In this document: positions 10,053-20,512 of the stretch, piece after piece
Numbering within the stretch: position 1 is the stretch's first letter
How the letters are laid out: each line of letters opens with the position of its first letter
Source: Candidatus Latescibacterota bacterium
Lineage (GTDB): Bacteria; Latescibacterota; UBA2968; GCA-2709665
Assembly: GCA_963667175.2 (NCBI GenBank)
Contig: CAXXXF010000015.1
Span: 736,001-800,000 of the forward strand
DNA: 64,000 nucleotides
Direction of reading: 5' to 3'
Position numbers and translations under genes: made by a program
The notes under the pieces: model-generated
The model's database searches: none
Told to the model about the DNA's origin: nothing
Seen by the model: only the letters and a program-made list of their open reading frames with translations

Positions 10053-11972
10053 ATGGGCAAAGTTATCGGAATCGATCTCGGGACGACCAACTCCTGCGTG
10101 GCCGTGATGGAGGGAGGCGATCCCGTCGTGATTCCCAATGCCGAAGGCGGGCGCACCACGCCGTCGGTCATCGCGTTCACCAAGGACGACGAGCGCCTCG
10201 TCGGTCAGGTTGCGAAACGGCAGGCCGTGACGAACCCGCAAAACACCGTCTATTCCATCAAACGCTTCATGGGCAGGCGCTACGAGGAAGTGCCCAACGA
10301 AATCGAAGAAGTGCCCTACGAGGTCCAGAGGGAGAGCAATGGTCTTGCGACCGCAAAACTAGGCGACAAGACGTACACGCCCCCCGAGATCTCGGCCATG
10401 GTCCTCCAGAAAATGAAGCAGACGGCCGAAGAATACCTGGGCGAGACCGTTACGGACGCCGTGATCACGGTCCCGGCCTACTTTAACGACGCACAGCGCA
10501 AAGCCACCACGGACGCGGGAAAGATCGCCGGCCTGGAGGTAAAGCGAATCGTCAACGAACCCACGGCCGCGTCATTGGCCTACGGCCTGGACAAGAAAAG
10601 CGACGAGATCATTGCGGTCTACGATCTGGGAGGCGGTACGTTCGACATTTCCATTCTGGAATTGGGCGACGGCGTATTCGAAGTCAAGTCCACCAACGGG
10701 GATACCCACCTGGGCGGGGACGACTTCGATCAGCGCATCATCGATTGGCTCGCGGACGAGTTCCATCAGGAGAACAACATCGACCTGCGCAATGACCCGA
10801 TGGCGCTGCAGCGCCTGAAGGAAGCGGCCGAAAAAGCCAAATGCGAGCTGTCCAGTTCCCTTCAGACGGACGTCAACCTGCCTTTTGTCACTGCCGACGC
10901 GTCAGGCCCAAAGCATATGAACCTGACTCTGTCCAGGGCCAAATTCGAGCAACTCGTGGAAGACCTGGTCGAACGCACCAAGAGGCCGTGTGCCCAGGCA
11001 ATCAAGGACGCGGGCCTGTCGCCGTCCGAGATCAACGAGGTCATTCTGGTTGGCGGCAGCACCCGGATTCCCAAAGTTCACGAGGCGGTGAAGGAACTCT
11101 TCGGCAAAGATCCGAACCGGGGCGTAAACCCCGACGAAGTGGTCGCGGTGGGCGCCGCGATCCAGGCCGGCGTACTTTCGGGCGACGTCAAAGACGTGGT
11201 GCTTCTGGACGTGACCCCGCTGTCCCTCGGCATCGAGACGCTGGGCGGCGTGATGACGAAGCTCATCGATCGCAACACCACCATTCCAACCAGGAAATCC
11301 CAGGTATTCACAACCGCTGCCGACAGCCAGCCTTCGGTCGAGGTGCACGTGCTCCAGGGCGAAAGGGAAATGTCGGTTGACAACCGTACCATCGGCCGGT
11401 TCCACCTGGACGGCATCCCGCCCGCGCCCCGCGGAACCCCCCAGATCGAAGTCAGTTTCGACATCGACGCCAACGGGATCATGAACGTCTCCGCCAAAGA
11501 CATGGGCACAAACAAGGAACAGAGCATCCGGATCGAGGCCTCATCGGGCCTGTCCGACGCCGAAATCGATCGGATGGTCAGCGACGCCAAGGAAAACGCC
11601 GCCGAAGACAAGAAGCGGCGCGAAGGCATCGAAGTTCGGAACCAGGCGGATCAGCAGGTTTACCAGACCGAAAAGCAACTCGGCGAAATGGGCGATAAAG
11701 TCAGCGACGACGCCAGGGCCAAGGTGCAGGCCGCGGTGGACCGGGTGAAGGAAACGCTCAAGGGCGAGAACCCGGACGAAATCAAGGCCGCTACTGAAGC
11801 GCTTACCCAGCAGTGGCACCAGGTGGCGAGCGAACTCTATGCGCAGGCCTCCCAGCCGGGACCGGAGGCCGGGGCTCCGGGTGGTCCGGAGCAGCCCGCC
11901 GGCGAGCAGAAGAAAGACGACGGCGTCGTCGACGCCGAATATGAAGTGGTGGATGACGACAAAAAGAAGTAA
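10053..11972 (+). CDS. dnaK: chaperone DnaK
   Basis: [29 protein letters not shown], acidic DAEYEVVDD tail. Confidence 0.99.
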   Translation: MGKVIGIDLGTTNSCVAVMEGGDPVVIPNAEGGRTTPSVIAFTKDDERLVGQVAKRQAVTNPQNTVYSIKRFMGRRYEEVPNEIEEVPYEVQRESNGLATAKLGDKTYTPPEISAMVLQKMKQTAEEYLGETVTDAVITVPAYFNDAQRKATTDAGKIAGLEVKRIVNEPTAASLAYGLDKKSDEIIAVYDLGGGTFDISILELGDGVFEVKSTNGDTHLGGDDFDQRIIDWLADEFHQENNIDLRNDPMALQRLKEAAEKAKCELSSSLQTDVNLPFVTADASGPKHMNLTLSRAKFEQLVEDLVERTKRPCAQAIKDAGLSPSEINEVILVGGSTRIPKVHEAVKELFGKDPNRGVNPDEVVAVGAAIQAGVLSGDVKDVVLLDVTPLSLGIETLGGVMTKLIDRNTTIPTRKSQVFTTAADSQPSVEVHVLQGEREMSVDNRTIGRFHLDGIPPAPRGTPQIEVSFDIDANGIMNVSAKDMGTNKEQSIRIEASSGLSDAEIDRMVSDAKENAAEDKKRREGIEVRNQADQQVYQTEKQLGEMGDKVSDDARAKVQAAVDRVKETLKGENPDEIKAATEALTQQWHQVASELYAQASQPGPEAGAPGGPEQPAGEQKKDDGVVDAEYEVVDDDKKK

Positions 11973-11988
11973 TCCACGTCGGGAAGAG

Positions 11989-12031
11989 AAAAGCGGAGGC
12001 GATCCCAATGGGATCGCCTCCGCTTTTTTTT
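11989..12031 (+). terminator. rho-independent terminator, possibly bidirectional
   Basis: AAAAGCGGAGGCGATCCC-AAT-GGGATCGCCTCCGCTTTTTTTT. Confidence 0.92.
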
Positions 12032-12149
12032 CATCTCCAGCCACCCCGTTTCATGATACCTCTTAGAATCTGCCCCACCCTCTAAATTCCCCTTTTCCCC
12101 TGCCCTTTTTCTTGCTTCGCCCCAGGAAAAAGGGCGAAAAAGAAGGGCG

Positions 12150-12247
12150 CCTGTCTGCCGGCCAGGCAGGCGCAGGCAGGCCGCTCCAACGCCGCGGGGC
12201 TGCTTTTCTCCCCCTCGCCCTCCGGGAGAGGGGGTCGAGGGGAGAGG
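12150..12247. repeat. cluster of palindromic intergenic repeats
   Basis: CCTGTCTGCCGGCCAGGCAGGCGCAGGCAGG (12150-12180) and CTCCCCCTCGCCC-TCC-GGGAGAGGGGGTCGAGGGGAGAGG (12208-12247). Confidence 0.6.
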
Positions 12248-12264
12248 TCCCGCGCCTATCGACG

Positions 12265-12528
12265 TCAACTCTCGAGTTGCCGCGTGGAGAAGAGCGCCCA
12301 CGCCCGCTCGCGCGCCGCTGCCGCATCCTTCGGCTCATTCAGCTTGTACTCGAACCGGAGCCGCCGCTTACCTCTCACGACCTCAAAGACGTCGACGAGC
12401 CAGAAGTCGCCGTCATATCTGGCATTCAGGATAAACTCGCGCTTCTCGTGGCGAACAACCACAACCGGCTCCGGCTTCGAAGATTCGCGTTCGGCGATAG
12501 CTCTCAGGCGCCCTGATCCGACGTCCAA
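12265..12528 (-). CDS. small hypothetical protein (start uncertain)
   Basis: Protein-like core EPVVVVRHEKREFILNARYDGDFWLVDVFEVVRGKRRLRFEYKLNEPKDAAAARERAWALF directly downstream of phyH on the same strand. Confidence 0.55.
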   Translation of the reverse strand: MDVGSGRLRAIAERESSKPEPVVVVRHEKREFILNARYDGDFWLVDVFEVVRGKRRLRFEYKLNEPKDAAAARERAWALFSTRQLES

Positions 12529-12544
12529 AGGCCGTCGCGCCGGG

Positions 12545-13363
12545 CTACCAGCGATCCACGCCCAGCAGCTTCCGACCAAGCGGCGTCAACCGCGCAGTTT
12601 CGCCTTCCAGGTGTTCCTTTTCCTTCCGGTTCTTGCCCAGCCCCGTAAGGCGTTCACGCCATCCCTCGATGCGGCTCTGCCGATGGGATTCGTCGTCGTC
12701 CCTGGCCGGCGTCATCGTAATGTATTGCACAATGCGCGGCCGTTCGGCCGAGTTCGGACTGCTTCCATGGGGCAACAGACTGTTCCAGATGACGAGGTCG
12801 CCCTCCCTGCCGGCGATCGGCGTCGCCAGATGCCCGAATTCCGCCTGCATCCGCGTCCGGGGGTCGTCCTCGTCCGACAGCGTCTCGAGCCATTCGGCAA
12901 TTCGACGGTGGAAGCCGGGGACGCACGTGAACGCGCCCTGGTTCGCCGCTGTATCCGACAGATACAGCACCCCCTGCACCATGAAGCGAGAAGGGTCGTC
13001 CAGCGAGATATCCCAATGCAGATAGGGTCCCTTGAAGGCAAATCCGGGTCGTTCCGGCGGATTCAGACTCGTCCTGTCAAAACTCACCCAGAGCTTCTCG
13101 GTCCCCCAGACGTCCGCAAACGCCCGGTGGACCCTTGGGTGCTGCCGGTTGTTCCACAGCGCCTGGTGCTGGTACATTTCGACCATGATTCCGGGCCTCG
13201 GCGGGTCCGGGTACCACGTCTCCGCGTCTTCGGAGTCCATGCCCAGAAACGCCCACACAGCCCGTTCGGCTTCGCGACAGTTCTCCGGCGGAACCGCCCT
13301 TGGCGCCACAACGTATCCGTTTTCCTTCCAGAATTCCATAGCCCCGGCGTCGAGAACTGCCAT
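12545..13363 (-). CDS. phytanoyl-CoA dioxygenase (PhyH) family Fe(II)/2OG oxygenase
   Basis: FWKENGYVV, LHWD, QGVLYLSDT, GDLVIWNSLLPHGS; GGAGGT SD. Confidence 0.92.
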   Translation of the reverse strand: MAVLDAGAMEFWKENGYVVAPRAVPPENCREAERAVWAFLGMDSEDAETWYPDPPRPGIMVEMYQHQALWNNRQHPRVHRAFADVWGTEKLWVSFDRTSLNPPERPGFAFKGPYLHWDISLDDPSRFMVQGVLYLSDTAANQGAFTCVPGFHRRIAEWLETLSDEDDPRTRMQAEFGHLATPIAGREGDLVIWNSLLPHGSSPNSAERPRIVQYITMTPARDDDESHRQSRIEGWRERLTGLGKNRKEKEHLEGETARLTPLGRKLLGVDRW

Positions 13364-13693
13364 GTCAACCTCCCTCATCGAATGGAACGGGAGAAAAATC
13401 CCGGTGGATTTCCAGGTGATAACGCGCGGTCCCGAATATGCTGCTGGAACGAAACCTGTCAAGTCATTTCGATTTGCCAATGGGACTCAGGAGGACAATG
13501 CGGGCGACGATCGGACCGGTGGTCTCCGTAACCTCTTTTTTATGTGGATAATATGTCGATCTTGTATATATTTCCTTGTTGGCACGGGCCGGTCCGTCCA
13601 ACAGGTACCGATGCCTCCGAAGCGGTTCGAAACACGGGCCCGCATTGTCGCCAGAGGGGTTGCTGAAGCTGAATTTCTCCTGAGATTCCGATC

Positions 13694-14131
13694 ATGACGG
13701 TCCGGAAAGTCAAATTCATCTCGGTTTTCGCGGTCATCGTCGCCAGCCTGATTCTCCTGGTTGTTGCCAGTTCTCAGAAGATGGCGATGTATTACCTTAC
13801 CGTTTCCGAGCTGGAAGCCCGTGAGACCGAACTTGTGAATAGACGCATCAAGCTCGCGGGCAAGGTCGCTCCCGGCACCATCCGGAAGGGTCCGGACCGT
13901 AACGTCGAGTTTCAGATCTGGGAACCGCTGGATGGCGCCGCGTTCTCCGCCAAACGAACGGTGGTATACGCGGGAATCGTGCCTGACACGTTCCGCGATG
14001 AAGCCGACGTGGTCCTGGAAGGCGAAGTCGGCGCGAACGGCCTCTTTCGAGCAGACACCCTGTTGGCCAAATGCCCCTCCAAATACGAGGGCCAATCTTA
14101 CGACGAAATCAAGAAAGCCTATAGCAGATAA
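13694..14131 (+). CDS. ccmE: cytochrome c maturation haem chaperone CcmE, CxxxY variant
   Basis: N-terminal TM, YYLTVSEL, VPDTFRD, LLAKCPSKY. Confidence 0.92.
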   Translation: MTVRKVKFISVFAVIVASLILLVVASSQKMAMYYLTVSELEARETELVNRRIKLAGKVAPGTIRKGPDRNVEFQIWEPLDGAAFSAKRTVVYAGIVPDTFRDEADVVLEGEVGANGLFRADTLLAKCPSKYEGQSYDEIKKAYSR

Positions 14132-14236
14132 CATCCATCCAGTGTTCTGACCCGCTGAAAGATCCTCGAATGGCAGCACGTCTCCTCAACAGGACACCGG
14201 GAAAGACCGGTCATCCGATGCCCCGCGGCTCCAGCA

Positions 14237-16219
14237 ATGGCTGAAATCGGCAACTTTTTCATCTGGTTCTCATTGGTCACCTCCCTCTACGCGGCGGTGT
14301 CCGGTGTTCTGGCCGGTCGGACCGGCAGGCTGAATCTCACGCTCAGCACGGAACGCGCGGTCGCCGCCACGTTCGTTATGGTTCTGGGGGCCTTCGGCCT
14401 GCTGGAGTACTTTTTCCTCAACGACCGTTTCGACCTCCACTACGTGGCCGGCCATTCCAGCCGCGACCTGCCGACGCCCTATAAGTTCACCGCCGTATGG
14501 TCGGGCATGGAGGGCTCGCTCCTCCTCTGGGCCTTCATTCTGGCCGGCTTCAATTTCCTCGCCACGCGAAATACCCGGAGGTTCCGCGGGCCGCTGGCCT
14601 CCTACGCGACCGTTGTGATGTCGCTCACCCAGGTCTTTTTCCTCGTCCTGATCGGATATTGGGAGAATCCGTTCCGCGAACTCGGCTTCACGGCCCCCGA
14701 CGGGCAGGGCATGAATCCGCTGCTGGTCCATCCGGCCATGGCCATTCACCCTCCCATGCTGTATCTCGGCTACGTGGGATTCATCGTACCGTATGCGTTT
14801 GCAATGGCCGCGCTTCTGAGCCGGCAGGTGGACGAAGAGTGGATCCGCACCACCCGCCGCTGGACCATCTGGCCATGGTTTTTCCTTGGCACAGGGCAGC
14901 TCCTGGGCGGCAACTGGGCCTACGTGGTCCTCGGATGGGGCGGATATTGGGGTTGGGACCCGGTTGAAAACGCCGCGCTGCTTCCCTGGCTCACGGGCAC
15001 CGCGTTCCTGCATTCGGTCATGATCCAGGAAAAGAAGGGGATGCTCAAAGTCTGGAACATGGCGCTGATCATCCTCACCTTTACGCTGTGCATCTATGGC
15101 ACCTTCCTGACCCGCAGCGGCCTGGTTTCCTCCGTGCATGCGTTCGCCCAGTCGCCGATCGGCAGCGTGTTCCTCTATTTCCTCGCAGTCATCGTGGTCT
15201 TTTCCGCCGCCATCCTATGGCAGCGGCGGCCATTGCTCAAGAGCGGGAACGAGTACGAATCTCCCGTCTCCCGGGAAGGGGGCTTCCTTCTCAACAATCT
15301 CCTGTTTCTTACGGCCACTTTTGCGGTGTTCTGGGGCGTCATGTTCCCGGTGCTTTCGGAAGCCGTCACCGGCACAAAGGTCACCGTGGGCCCGCCCTTT
15401 TTCAGCACCGTAATGACGCCCATAGGCCTTCTTCTTCTTCTTCTGACGGGTGTGGGCCCGCTGCTGGCCTGGCGCAAGACGTCGGCGCGCAGCCTGAAAA
15501 AGCACTTCACCGGACCTGGCATCTTCGGTCTCTTCTGCGGCGCCGTCGCATTCGCCCTCGGGGCGCGCGAAACGTACGCGTTGATCTCCTTTACGCTGTG
15601 CGGGTTCGTGACGGGCGCCATCGCCAGCGAGTTTCACAGAGGCGCGAAGGCGCGGGGAAGCAGTTCAAACGAGCCGTATCTCAAGGCGCTCTGGTCTCTC
15701 ACCGTGCGAAACCGCCGCCGTTACGGTGGTTATATCGTCCACTTCGGCGTTGTGCTTCTCTTTTTCGGATTCACGGGAAATGCCTTCAACCGGGAAATCG
15801 AGGCGGGATTGAAGCATGGCGAGTCCGCGACCATCGGCAATTACCGTCTCGTCTACGAAGGCAGTTCCCAGAGCCGGAATCCGCTCACTGTCGTGATCCA
15901 GACCCAGCTTGGCGTGTACCAGGGAGACCGGCGTCTGGGGACGATGTGGCCGGAGCAGCACGTTTACTACAAACGAAAGGACCAGCAGCGAACGACGGAA
16001 GTCGCCGTCCGTTCCAGCCTGCGCGAAGACCTGTACGTCTTATATGAGGGGCGGGATCCGGACGGCGCCGCCCTGTTCAGAATCTACGTCAATCCCCTGG
16101 TGATGTGGGTCTGGATCGGCGCGTGGGTCCTCACCTTCGGGACGGTAATCGCCATCCTGCCGGACAAGCGGGAGCGTCTCAGACGCGGACGAAACGTTGG
16201 CCTTCCCGCCGCATCCTGA
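14237..16219 (+). CDS. ccmF: cytochrome c haem lyase CcmF
   Basis: WSGMEGSLLLW, HPPMLYLGY, WGGYWGWDPVENA, RSGLVSSVHAFA. Confidence 0.97.
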   Translation: MAEIGNFFIWFSLVTSLYAAVSGVLAGRTGRLNLTLSTERAVAATFVMVLGAFGLLEYFFLNDRFDLHYVAGHSSRDLPTPYKFTAVWSGMEGSLLLWAFILAGFNFLATRNTRRFRGPLASYATVVMSLTQVFFLVLIGYWENPFRELGFTAPDGQGMNPLLVHPAMAIHPPMLYLGYVGFIVPYAFAMAALLSRQVDEEWIRTTRRWTIWPWFFLGTGQLLGGNWAYVVLGWGGYWGWDPVENAALLPWLTGTAFLHSVMIQEKKGMLKVWNMALIILTFTLCIYGTFLTRSGLVSSVHAFAQSPIGSVFLYFLAVIVVFSAAILWQRRPLLKSGNEYESPVSREGGFLLNNLLFLTATFAVFWGVMFPVLSEAVTGTKVTVGPPFFSTVMTPIGLLLLLLTGVGPLLAWRKTSARSLKKHFTGPGIFGLFCGAVAFALGARETYALISFTLCGFVTGAIASEFHRGAKARGSSSNEPYLKALWSLTVRNRRRYGGYIVHFGVVLLFFGFTGNAFNREIEAGLKHGESATIGNYRLVYEGSSQSRNPLTVVIQTQLGVYQGDRRLGTMWPEQHVYYKRKDQQRTTEVAVRSSLREDLYVLYEGRDPDGAALFRIYVNPLVMWVWIGAWVLTFGTVIAILPDKRERLRRGRNVGLPAAS

Positions 16220-16284
16220 AAGGGTACGGTCTGAAAGACAATAGACAATCAGCTGCGTATCGAAGGCGGGCGAAGCCCGGCGGC

Positions 16285-16776
16285 GTGTGTCTCCGGCTCT
16301 CCGCTTTCCGCGCGCGGACTATCTTTCCGGCATTTCTGATTCTCTCGCTTGCATTCTCCGTGTCCGCGGAGGTGACGCAGGAACGGGTGAGGGAGGTGGC
16401 AAAGGGCCTCGCCTGTCTCTGCGGCGACTGCCCTCGCCGTCCGCTGGACGAATGTTCCTGCGGCTGGGCGGATCGAAAGCGAGCACGTATTGCCGCAGCT
16501 CTGCAAGCCGGGCAGGACAAAGAGGCCATCGTTGCCGGGTTCGTGGCGGAATTCGGCCAGGAAGTTTTCGTCACCCCCCCGGCCGAGGGCTTCAATCTTT
16601 CCGCGTGGATCATGCCCGTCATCGCCTTGCTGCTTGGCGCCATCGTGGTGTGGGCCGTGTTGCGTAACTGGTCGAGGCATCGTGCCGCTCTCGCAACACC
16701 ACATGTCCCGGAAACAGAGGCGGACGATCCATATAGATCGAGGCTGGAGCAGGAACTCCGGGAGCGGGAACTGTGA
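16285..16776 (+). CDS. ccmH: CcmH/NrfF-like protein, cysteine-rich variant (start uncertain)
   Basis: Signal peptide, LACLCGDCPRRPLDECSC, FVAEFGQEVFVTPP..GFNLSAWIMP and a TM helix. Confidence 0.8.
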   Translation: MCLRLSAFRARTIFPAFLILSLAFSVSAEVTQERVREVAKGLACLCGDCPRRPLDECSCGWADRKRARIAAALQAGQDKEAIVAGFVAEFGQEVFVTPPAEGFNLSAWIMPVIALLLGAIVVWAVLRNWSRHRAALATPHVPETEADDPYRSRLEQELREREL

Positions 16777-17201
16777 GCGTCGGGGTCTGCATCGTCGTTG
16801 TCACGGCCGTTTTCATCTTTGTGTTCCGCCCGTTCATGACCACGCGTGGTCGGGTCGGACATGCGGATGCGGGGTGCGGTGACAAAAAACGGCTCGTTGA
16901 AGACAGAGAGGTCCTGTATGATACCATCCGTGAACTCGACTTCGATTACCGCATGGGAAAGGTGGAAGAAGACGACTATCGCGCGACCCGCTCGCGCTTT
17001 GGGAGCCGGGCGGTTGAACTGATAAAGGCGATCGAGGAAACCGACGCTCCCGCGCCGGGAATCGAGGATCGTATCGAACGGGAAATCGCCGCCGTGAGAA
17101 AGAAGGACACCGCCACCTGCGCCCGGTGCGGAAGCACGACGCCCGCAGGCGCCCGCTTTTGTCCGCAATGCGGCAAAGCCCTCGCGGAATCTCGTCCATG
17201 A
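16773..17201 (+). CDS. CcmI-N-like membrane protein with C-terminal zinc ribbon
   Basis: TM helix, LYDTIRELDFDYRMGKVEEDDY, CARC..FCPQCG. Confidence 0.75.
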   Translation: MSVGVCIVVVTAVFIFVFRPFMTTRGRVGHADAGCGDKKRLVEDREVLYDTIRELDFDYRMGKVEEDDYRATRSRFGSRAVELIKAIEETDAPAPGIEDRIEREIAAVRKKDTATCARCGSTTPAGARFCPQCGKALAESRP

Positions 17202-18292
17202 GCAAACGATTTTGCTTCCTCGCCGTCCTGCTGGTCTCTTTTCCCGACGTTTTGTCCGGCGCCGGCCTCGTCGTTGGCCGCGTCACCAACGAGACGTACT
17301 CCAAACCCCAACAGGACTGCGTGGTAATGCTGATTCGCCAGGCCGCCGAACCTGAAATCGTCAGTCAGGATACCACCGATGAACAAGGGCGATTCTCGTT
17401 CCGGGACGCGGGCGGCGATGACGCACTCTGGTTTCTTACTGCGGCCTATGAGGGCGTCAAATACGTCCAGCAACTCTCGGACGGCCCCAATGAAATCGCC
17501 GTGTACGAAACCACCGACTCGGACACAGCCCTCTCCGTTGTCTCCCACCACATCATCGTGTACACGGCCGAGAAGCGGGTCCGGCAGATCCTGATCGTTG
17601 AGAATACCGGCAACCGCACGTTCAGGACCGGCGAGGGGCATGGACATGGCCTGGAGGTTTTCCTGCCGGAAGGCATAACGGACGTGAGGGAAGGGCCGCA
17701 GGGTCTTCACACCCACGGCGAGATCGTCGTGAATCCGGATCCCGTTCGACCGGGTCACAGCCAGCTCCTGTTTGCCTTTGACATGCCCGCTTCCGGGCGT
17801 CTTTCGCAGACGGTGAGCTATCCCACCGGTACCGTGGACGTCTTCGTCACGCCACCCGAAGCGGACGTCAGTACCGGCGCGCTTCAGGACAGAGGCGAGG
17901 ACACGTTTGGACAGCATAGCTTTCGGAGGTTCTCGGGCGCCGGCTTCAACCGGGGCGACCGGATCGATCTGGAAATCAACGCGTCGCCGTGGTCTTTAAC
18001 GGGCGCATTCGCCGGGCGAAACCTGATATGGGTGTTGTCCGGCCTGGCAGTCGGCTTTGCGATGCTTGCCGCCTTCCTTCGACCTTCCGGGAAGCACGGT
18101 TCTCCCGAGTCAACGCAAACCGAAGGCCAGCCGGACCTCCTCGCGCGCAGAAATGCCCTGGTTCACCAGATCGCGGACATGGATAACCGATACGAGCAGG
18201 GCGCGCTTTCGGATGGAGAGTATCAGGCCCGGCGGAATGCCTTTAAAGCGGAGCTTGTGGAGATGACCCGCATTGTGGATGGGGAGGCGTAG
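17198..18292 (+). CDS. exported membrane-anchored protein (carboxypeptidase-regulatory-like N-domain, CcmI-like C-terminal helix)
   Basis: Signal peptide, GRVTNET..TTDEQGRFSF, TM near residue 270, QIADMDNRYEQGALSDGEY. Confidence 0.7.
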   Translation: MSKRFCFLAVLLVSFPDVLSGAGLVVGRVTNETYSKPQQDCVVMLIRQAAEPEIVSQDTTDEQGRFSFRDAGGDDALWFLTAAYEGVKYVQQLSDGPNEIAVYETTDSDTALSVVSHHIIVYTAEKRVRQILIVENTGNRTFRTGEGHGHGLEVFLPEGITDVREGPQGLHTHGEIVVNPDPVRPGHSQLLFAFDMPASGRLSQTVSYPTGTVDVFVTPPEADVSTGALQDRGEDTFGQHSFRRFSGAGFNRGDRIDLEINASPWSLTGAFAGRNLIWVLSGLAVGFAMLAAFLRPSGKHGSPESTQTEGQPDLLARRNALVHQIADMDNRYEQGALSDGEYQARRNAFKAELVEMTRIVDGEA

Positions 18293-18297
18293 GCGTT

Positions 18298-19038
18298 GTG
18301 GCCCCGCCCCCTCCGGCCATCGTTCTCGAAGACGTGGAGAAACGGTTCGGCCGCCTCGCAGCCCTGGACGGCATCGATCTCAACCTTCAAGGCGGCGCGC
18401 TCGCCTTGCTGGGGCCGAACGGGGCCGGCAAGTCCACCCTTCTGCGACTTGTTGCGACCCTGTCAAGACCCACGCGCGGCCGGATTCTCATTCGGGGCAG
18501 AGACGCCCGCAAGGAACCGGAACGCGTGCGGGCCGACGTCGGCCTGATCTCACACCAGACCTTTCTCTACGAGGATCTGACAGCTGGCGAAAACCTGCGT
18601 TTTTATGGCCGTCTGTACGGTCTGGACGACCTCAAGGAACGGGTGCGAACGGCGCTGGAGGACGTCGGCCTTTCCGGCAGGGAACACGACCGTGTCCGTG
18701 GGTTTTCCAGGGGGATGAAACAGCGCCTCGCCATTGCCCGGGCAACGCTCCACCATCCCACGATACTTCTTCTCGACGAGCCGTTCGCGAGCCTGGATAC
18801 CGCTGCCCGCGCCATGTTGAGCGACCGGCTGCAACGCCATCGCCAGGAGGGGCGAACGGTCATCCTGGTGACCCATGATCTGCATCGGGGCCTTGATCTT
18901 GCGGATCGTTTCGCGATCCTGAACCGGGGGCGGTTCGTGGCGAGGGGAGAAACCCGGGGGCTCTCGCTCGATGCGATGGAACGTCGTTATGAGAACGCCA
19001 TAAACCAACACTCTTTCGCAATCGGGACGTCCGGATAG
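18298..19038 (+). CDS. ccmA: haem exporter ATP-binding subunit CcmA
   Basis: GPNGAGKST, FSRGMKQR, LLLDEPF, operon context. Confidence 0.9.
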   Translation: MAPPPPAIVLEDVEKRFGRLAALDGIDLNLQGGALALLGPNGAGKSTLLRLVATLSRPTRGRILIRGRDARKEPERVRADVGLISHQTFLYEDLTAGENLRFYGRLYGLDDLKERVRTALEDVGLSGREHDRVRGFSRGMKQRLAIARATLHHPTILLLDEPFASLDTAARAMLSDRLQRHRQEGRTVILVTHDLHRGLDLADRFAILNRGRFVARGETRGLSLDAMERRYENAINQHSFAIGTSG

Positions 19039-19098
19039 TTGCGGACCACAATTCCGCCCGCGTCTGAGGTCCGGCGCAACGCCGGAACGGGAGTATCC

Positions 19099-19779
19099 TT
19101 GGCTTTTTTCTTCCGTCAGGTTTCTGCTGTTTTCTGGAAAGATTTCAAGACCGAGTTTCGCACCAGAGAGCGACTCAGCGCCATGTGCTTCTTTGCGTTT
19201 CTGGTGCTTCTCGTCTTTAATTTCGTGTTCACGCCCGATTCTGAAACCATCAGAAACGCGGCGCCAGGCATCTTCTGGGTCGCCGTTACGTTTGCCGGAT
19301 TCATGGTCCTGACACGTTCCTTTATTTCGGAACGCGAAAACGACTGCCTGACGGGCCTGCTGCTATCTCCCGCCGATCGAGGGGCGATCTATCTGGGCAA
19401 GATGCTGGCGAACCTCTGCGCCATGCTCCTGCTCGAGGCCCTGATTCTTCCCCTAATGGCTGTCTTTCTGAATATCGACGTCTGGCAAAACATGCCGCGC
19501 CTGCTACCCGGGCTTCTGCTGGGAACCCTCGGATTCGCCGCCGTGGGCACCCTCTTCGCCGCGATGTCCCTCAAGACCCGGCTCCGGGAGGCCCTGTTGC
19601 CAATGCTTACCCTTCCGGTTCTGGTCCCGGCCCTCCTGGCGGCCGTTGAGTCCTTCCGGGGGGCGCTGGCGGGCGCCTCTCTCTCCGAAATCTCCGGCTG
19701 GACCAACATCGGCGCCGCATTCGCGCTGCTGTTCGTGGCGACTTGCGCGCTCTTGTTCGACTACGTTGTCGAGGAATGA
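19099..19779 (+). CDS. ccmB: haem exporter permease CcmB
   Basis: WKDFKTEFRTRE, SFISEREND, IYLGK, REALLPMLTLP. Confidence 0.9.
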   Translation: MAFFFRQVSAVFWKDFKTEFRTRERLSAMCFFAFLVLLVFNFVFTPDSETIRNAAPGIFWVAVTFAGFMVLTRSFISERENDCLTGLLLSPADRGAIYLGKMLANLCAMLLLEALILPLMAVFLNIDVWQNMPRLLPGLLLGTLGFAAVGTLFAAMSLKTRLREALLPMLTLPVLVPALLAAVESFRGALAGASLSEISGWTNIGAAFALLFVATCALLFDYVVEE

Positions 19780-19780
19780 T

Positions 19781-20485
19781 TTGGGAAAGCGACTGTACCT
19801 CTGGTCCCGTATCCTGGGCGCGCTGGCGCTGATCGGTATGCTGATTGCGCCCTGGCTCGCCCTCGTGTACGCAAGTGTGGAGAGGCAGATGGGCCTCGCC
19901 CAGAAAATCTTCTACTTTCACGTCCCGTCGGCTTTCGCAATGTACGCCGCCTTTTTTCTCGTCTTCGTGTTCAGCATACTGTACCTCGTTCAAAAGAAAA
20001 AAACGTGGGACGTCTGGGCCGCGTGCGCCGCCGAAGTCGGTCTTCTCTTCTGCACGCTCGTGCTACTCACCGGCCCCATCTGGGCGAAGCCCGTCTGGGG
20101 CGCCTGGTGGGTGTGGGACGCACAGTTGACCCTTACCCTGGTCCTCTGGCTGATATTCGTCGCTTACATGATGTTGAAGAGTTACAGCGAAGATCCGCTT
20201 CAGAGCGCCAGATTCCGGGCGGTTCTCGGGATCATCGGGTTTCTTGACGCGCCGCTCATCCATTACTCCACGCGGCTGTGGCGCACCCAGCATCCCGAGG
20301 TTGTACGGGCGGATACGATCGGCCTCCCGCCCGACATGCTGGTCGCGTTCGTCTTCTGCTGTGCCGCGTTCATTGTGCTCGCGGCTGCCATTCTGGCCAG
20401 ACGCGTCTCGCTCGAATTCGCCCGTGACGAGCTCGAATCCCTCAAGGCCGGCTTCCGCGTTTCCGGAACGGAAACCCCGGGCTGA
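19781..20485 (+). CDS. ccmC: haem exporter CcmC
   Basis: KIFYFHVPSA, WWD motif TGPIWAKPVWGAWWVWDAQLT, LWRTQHP. Confidence 0.93.
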   Translation: MGKRLYLWSRILGALALIGMLIAPWLALVYASVERQMGLAQKIFYFHVPSAFAMYAAFFLVFVFSILYLVQKKKTWDVWAACAAEVGLLFCTLVLLTGPIWAKPVWGAWWVWDAQLTLTLVLWLIFVAYMMLKSYSEDPLQSARFRAVLGIIGFLDAPLIHYSTRLWRTQHPEVVRADTIGLPPDMLVAFVFCCAAFIVLAAAILARRVSLEFARDELESLKAGFRVSGTETPG

Positions 20486-20512
20486 ACCGGCGCGTGATTC
20501 CGGAGGAACCCT

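Noticed and set aside
12284-13531. 415 aa + strand ORF and similar long overlapping ORFs (3016, 26475, 44515, 60252)
   Set aside because: Antisense or alternate-frame shadows of clear genes, expected at high GC
13580-13596. TGGCAC upstream of ccmE as a sigma54 promoter
   Set aside because: No TTGC at the -12 position (reads GGTC)
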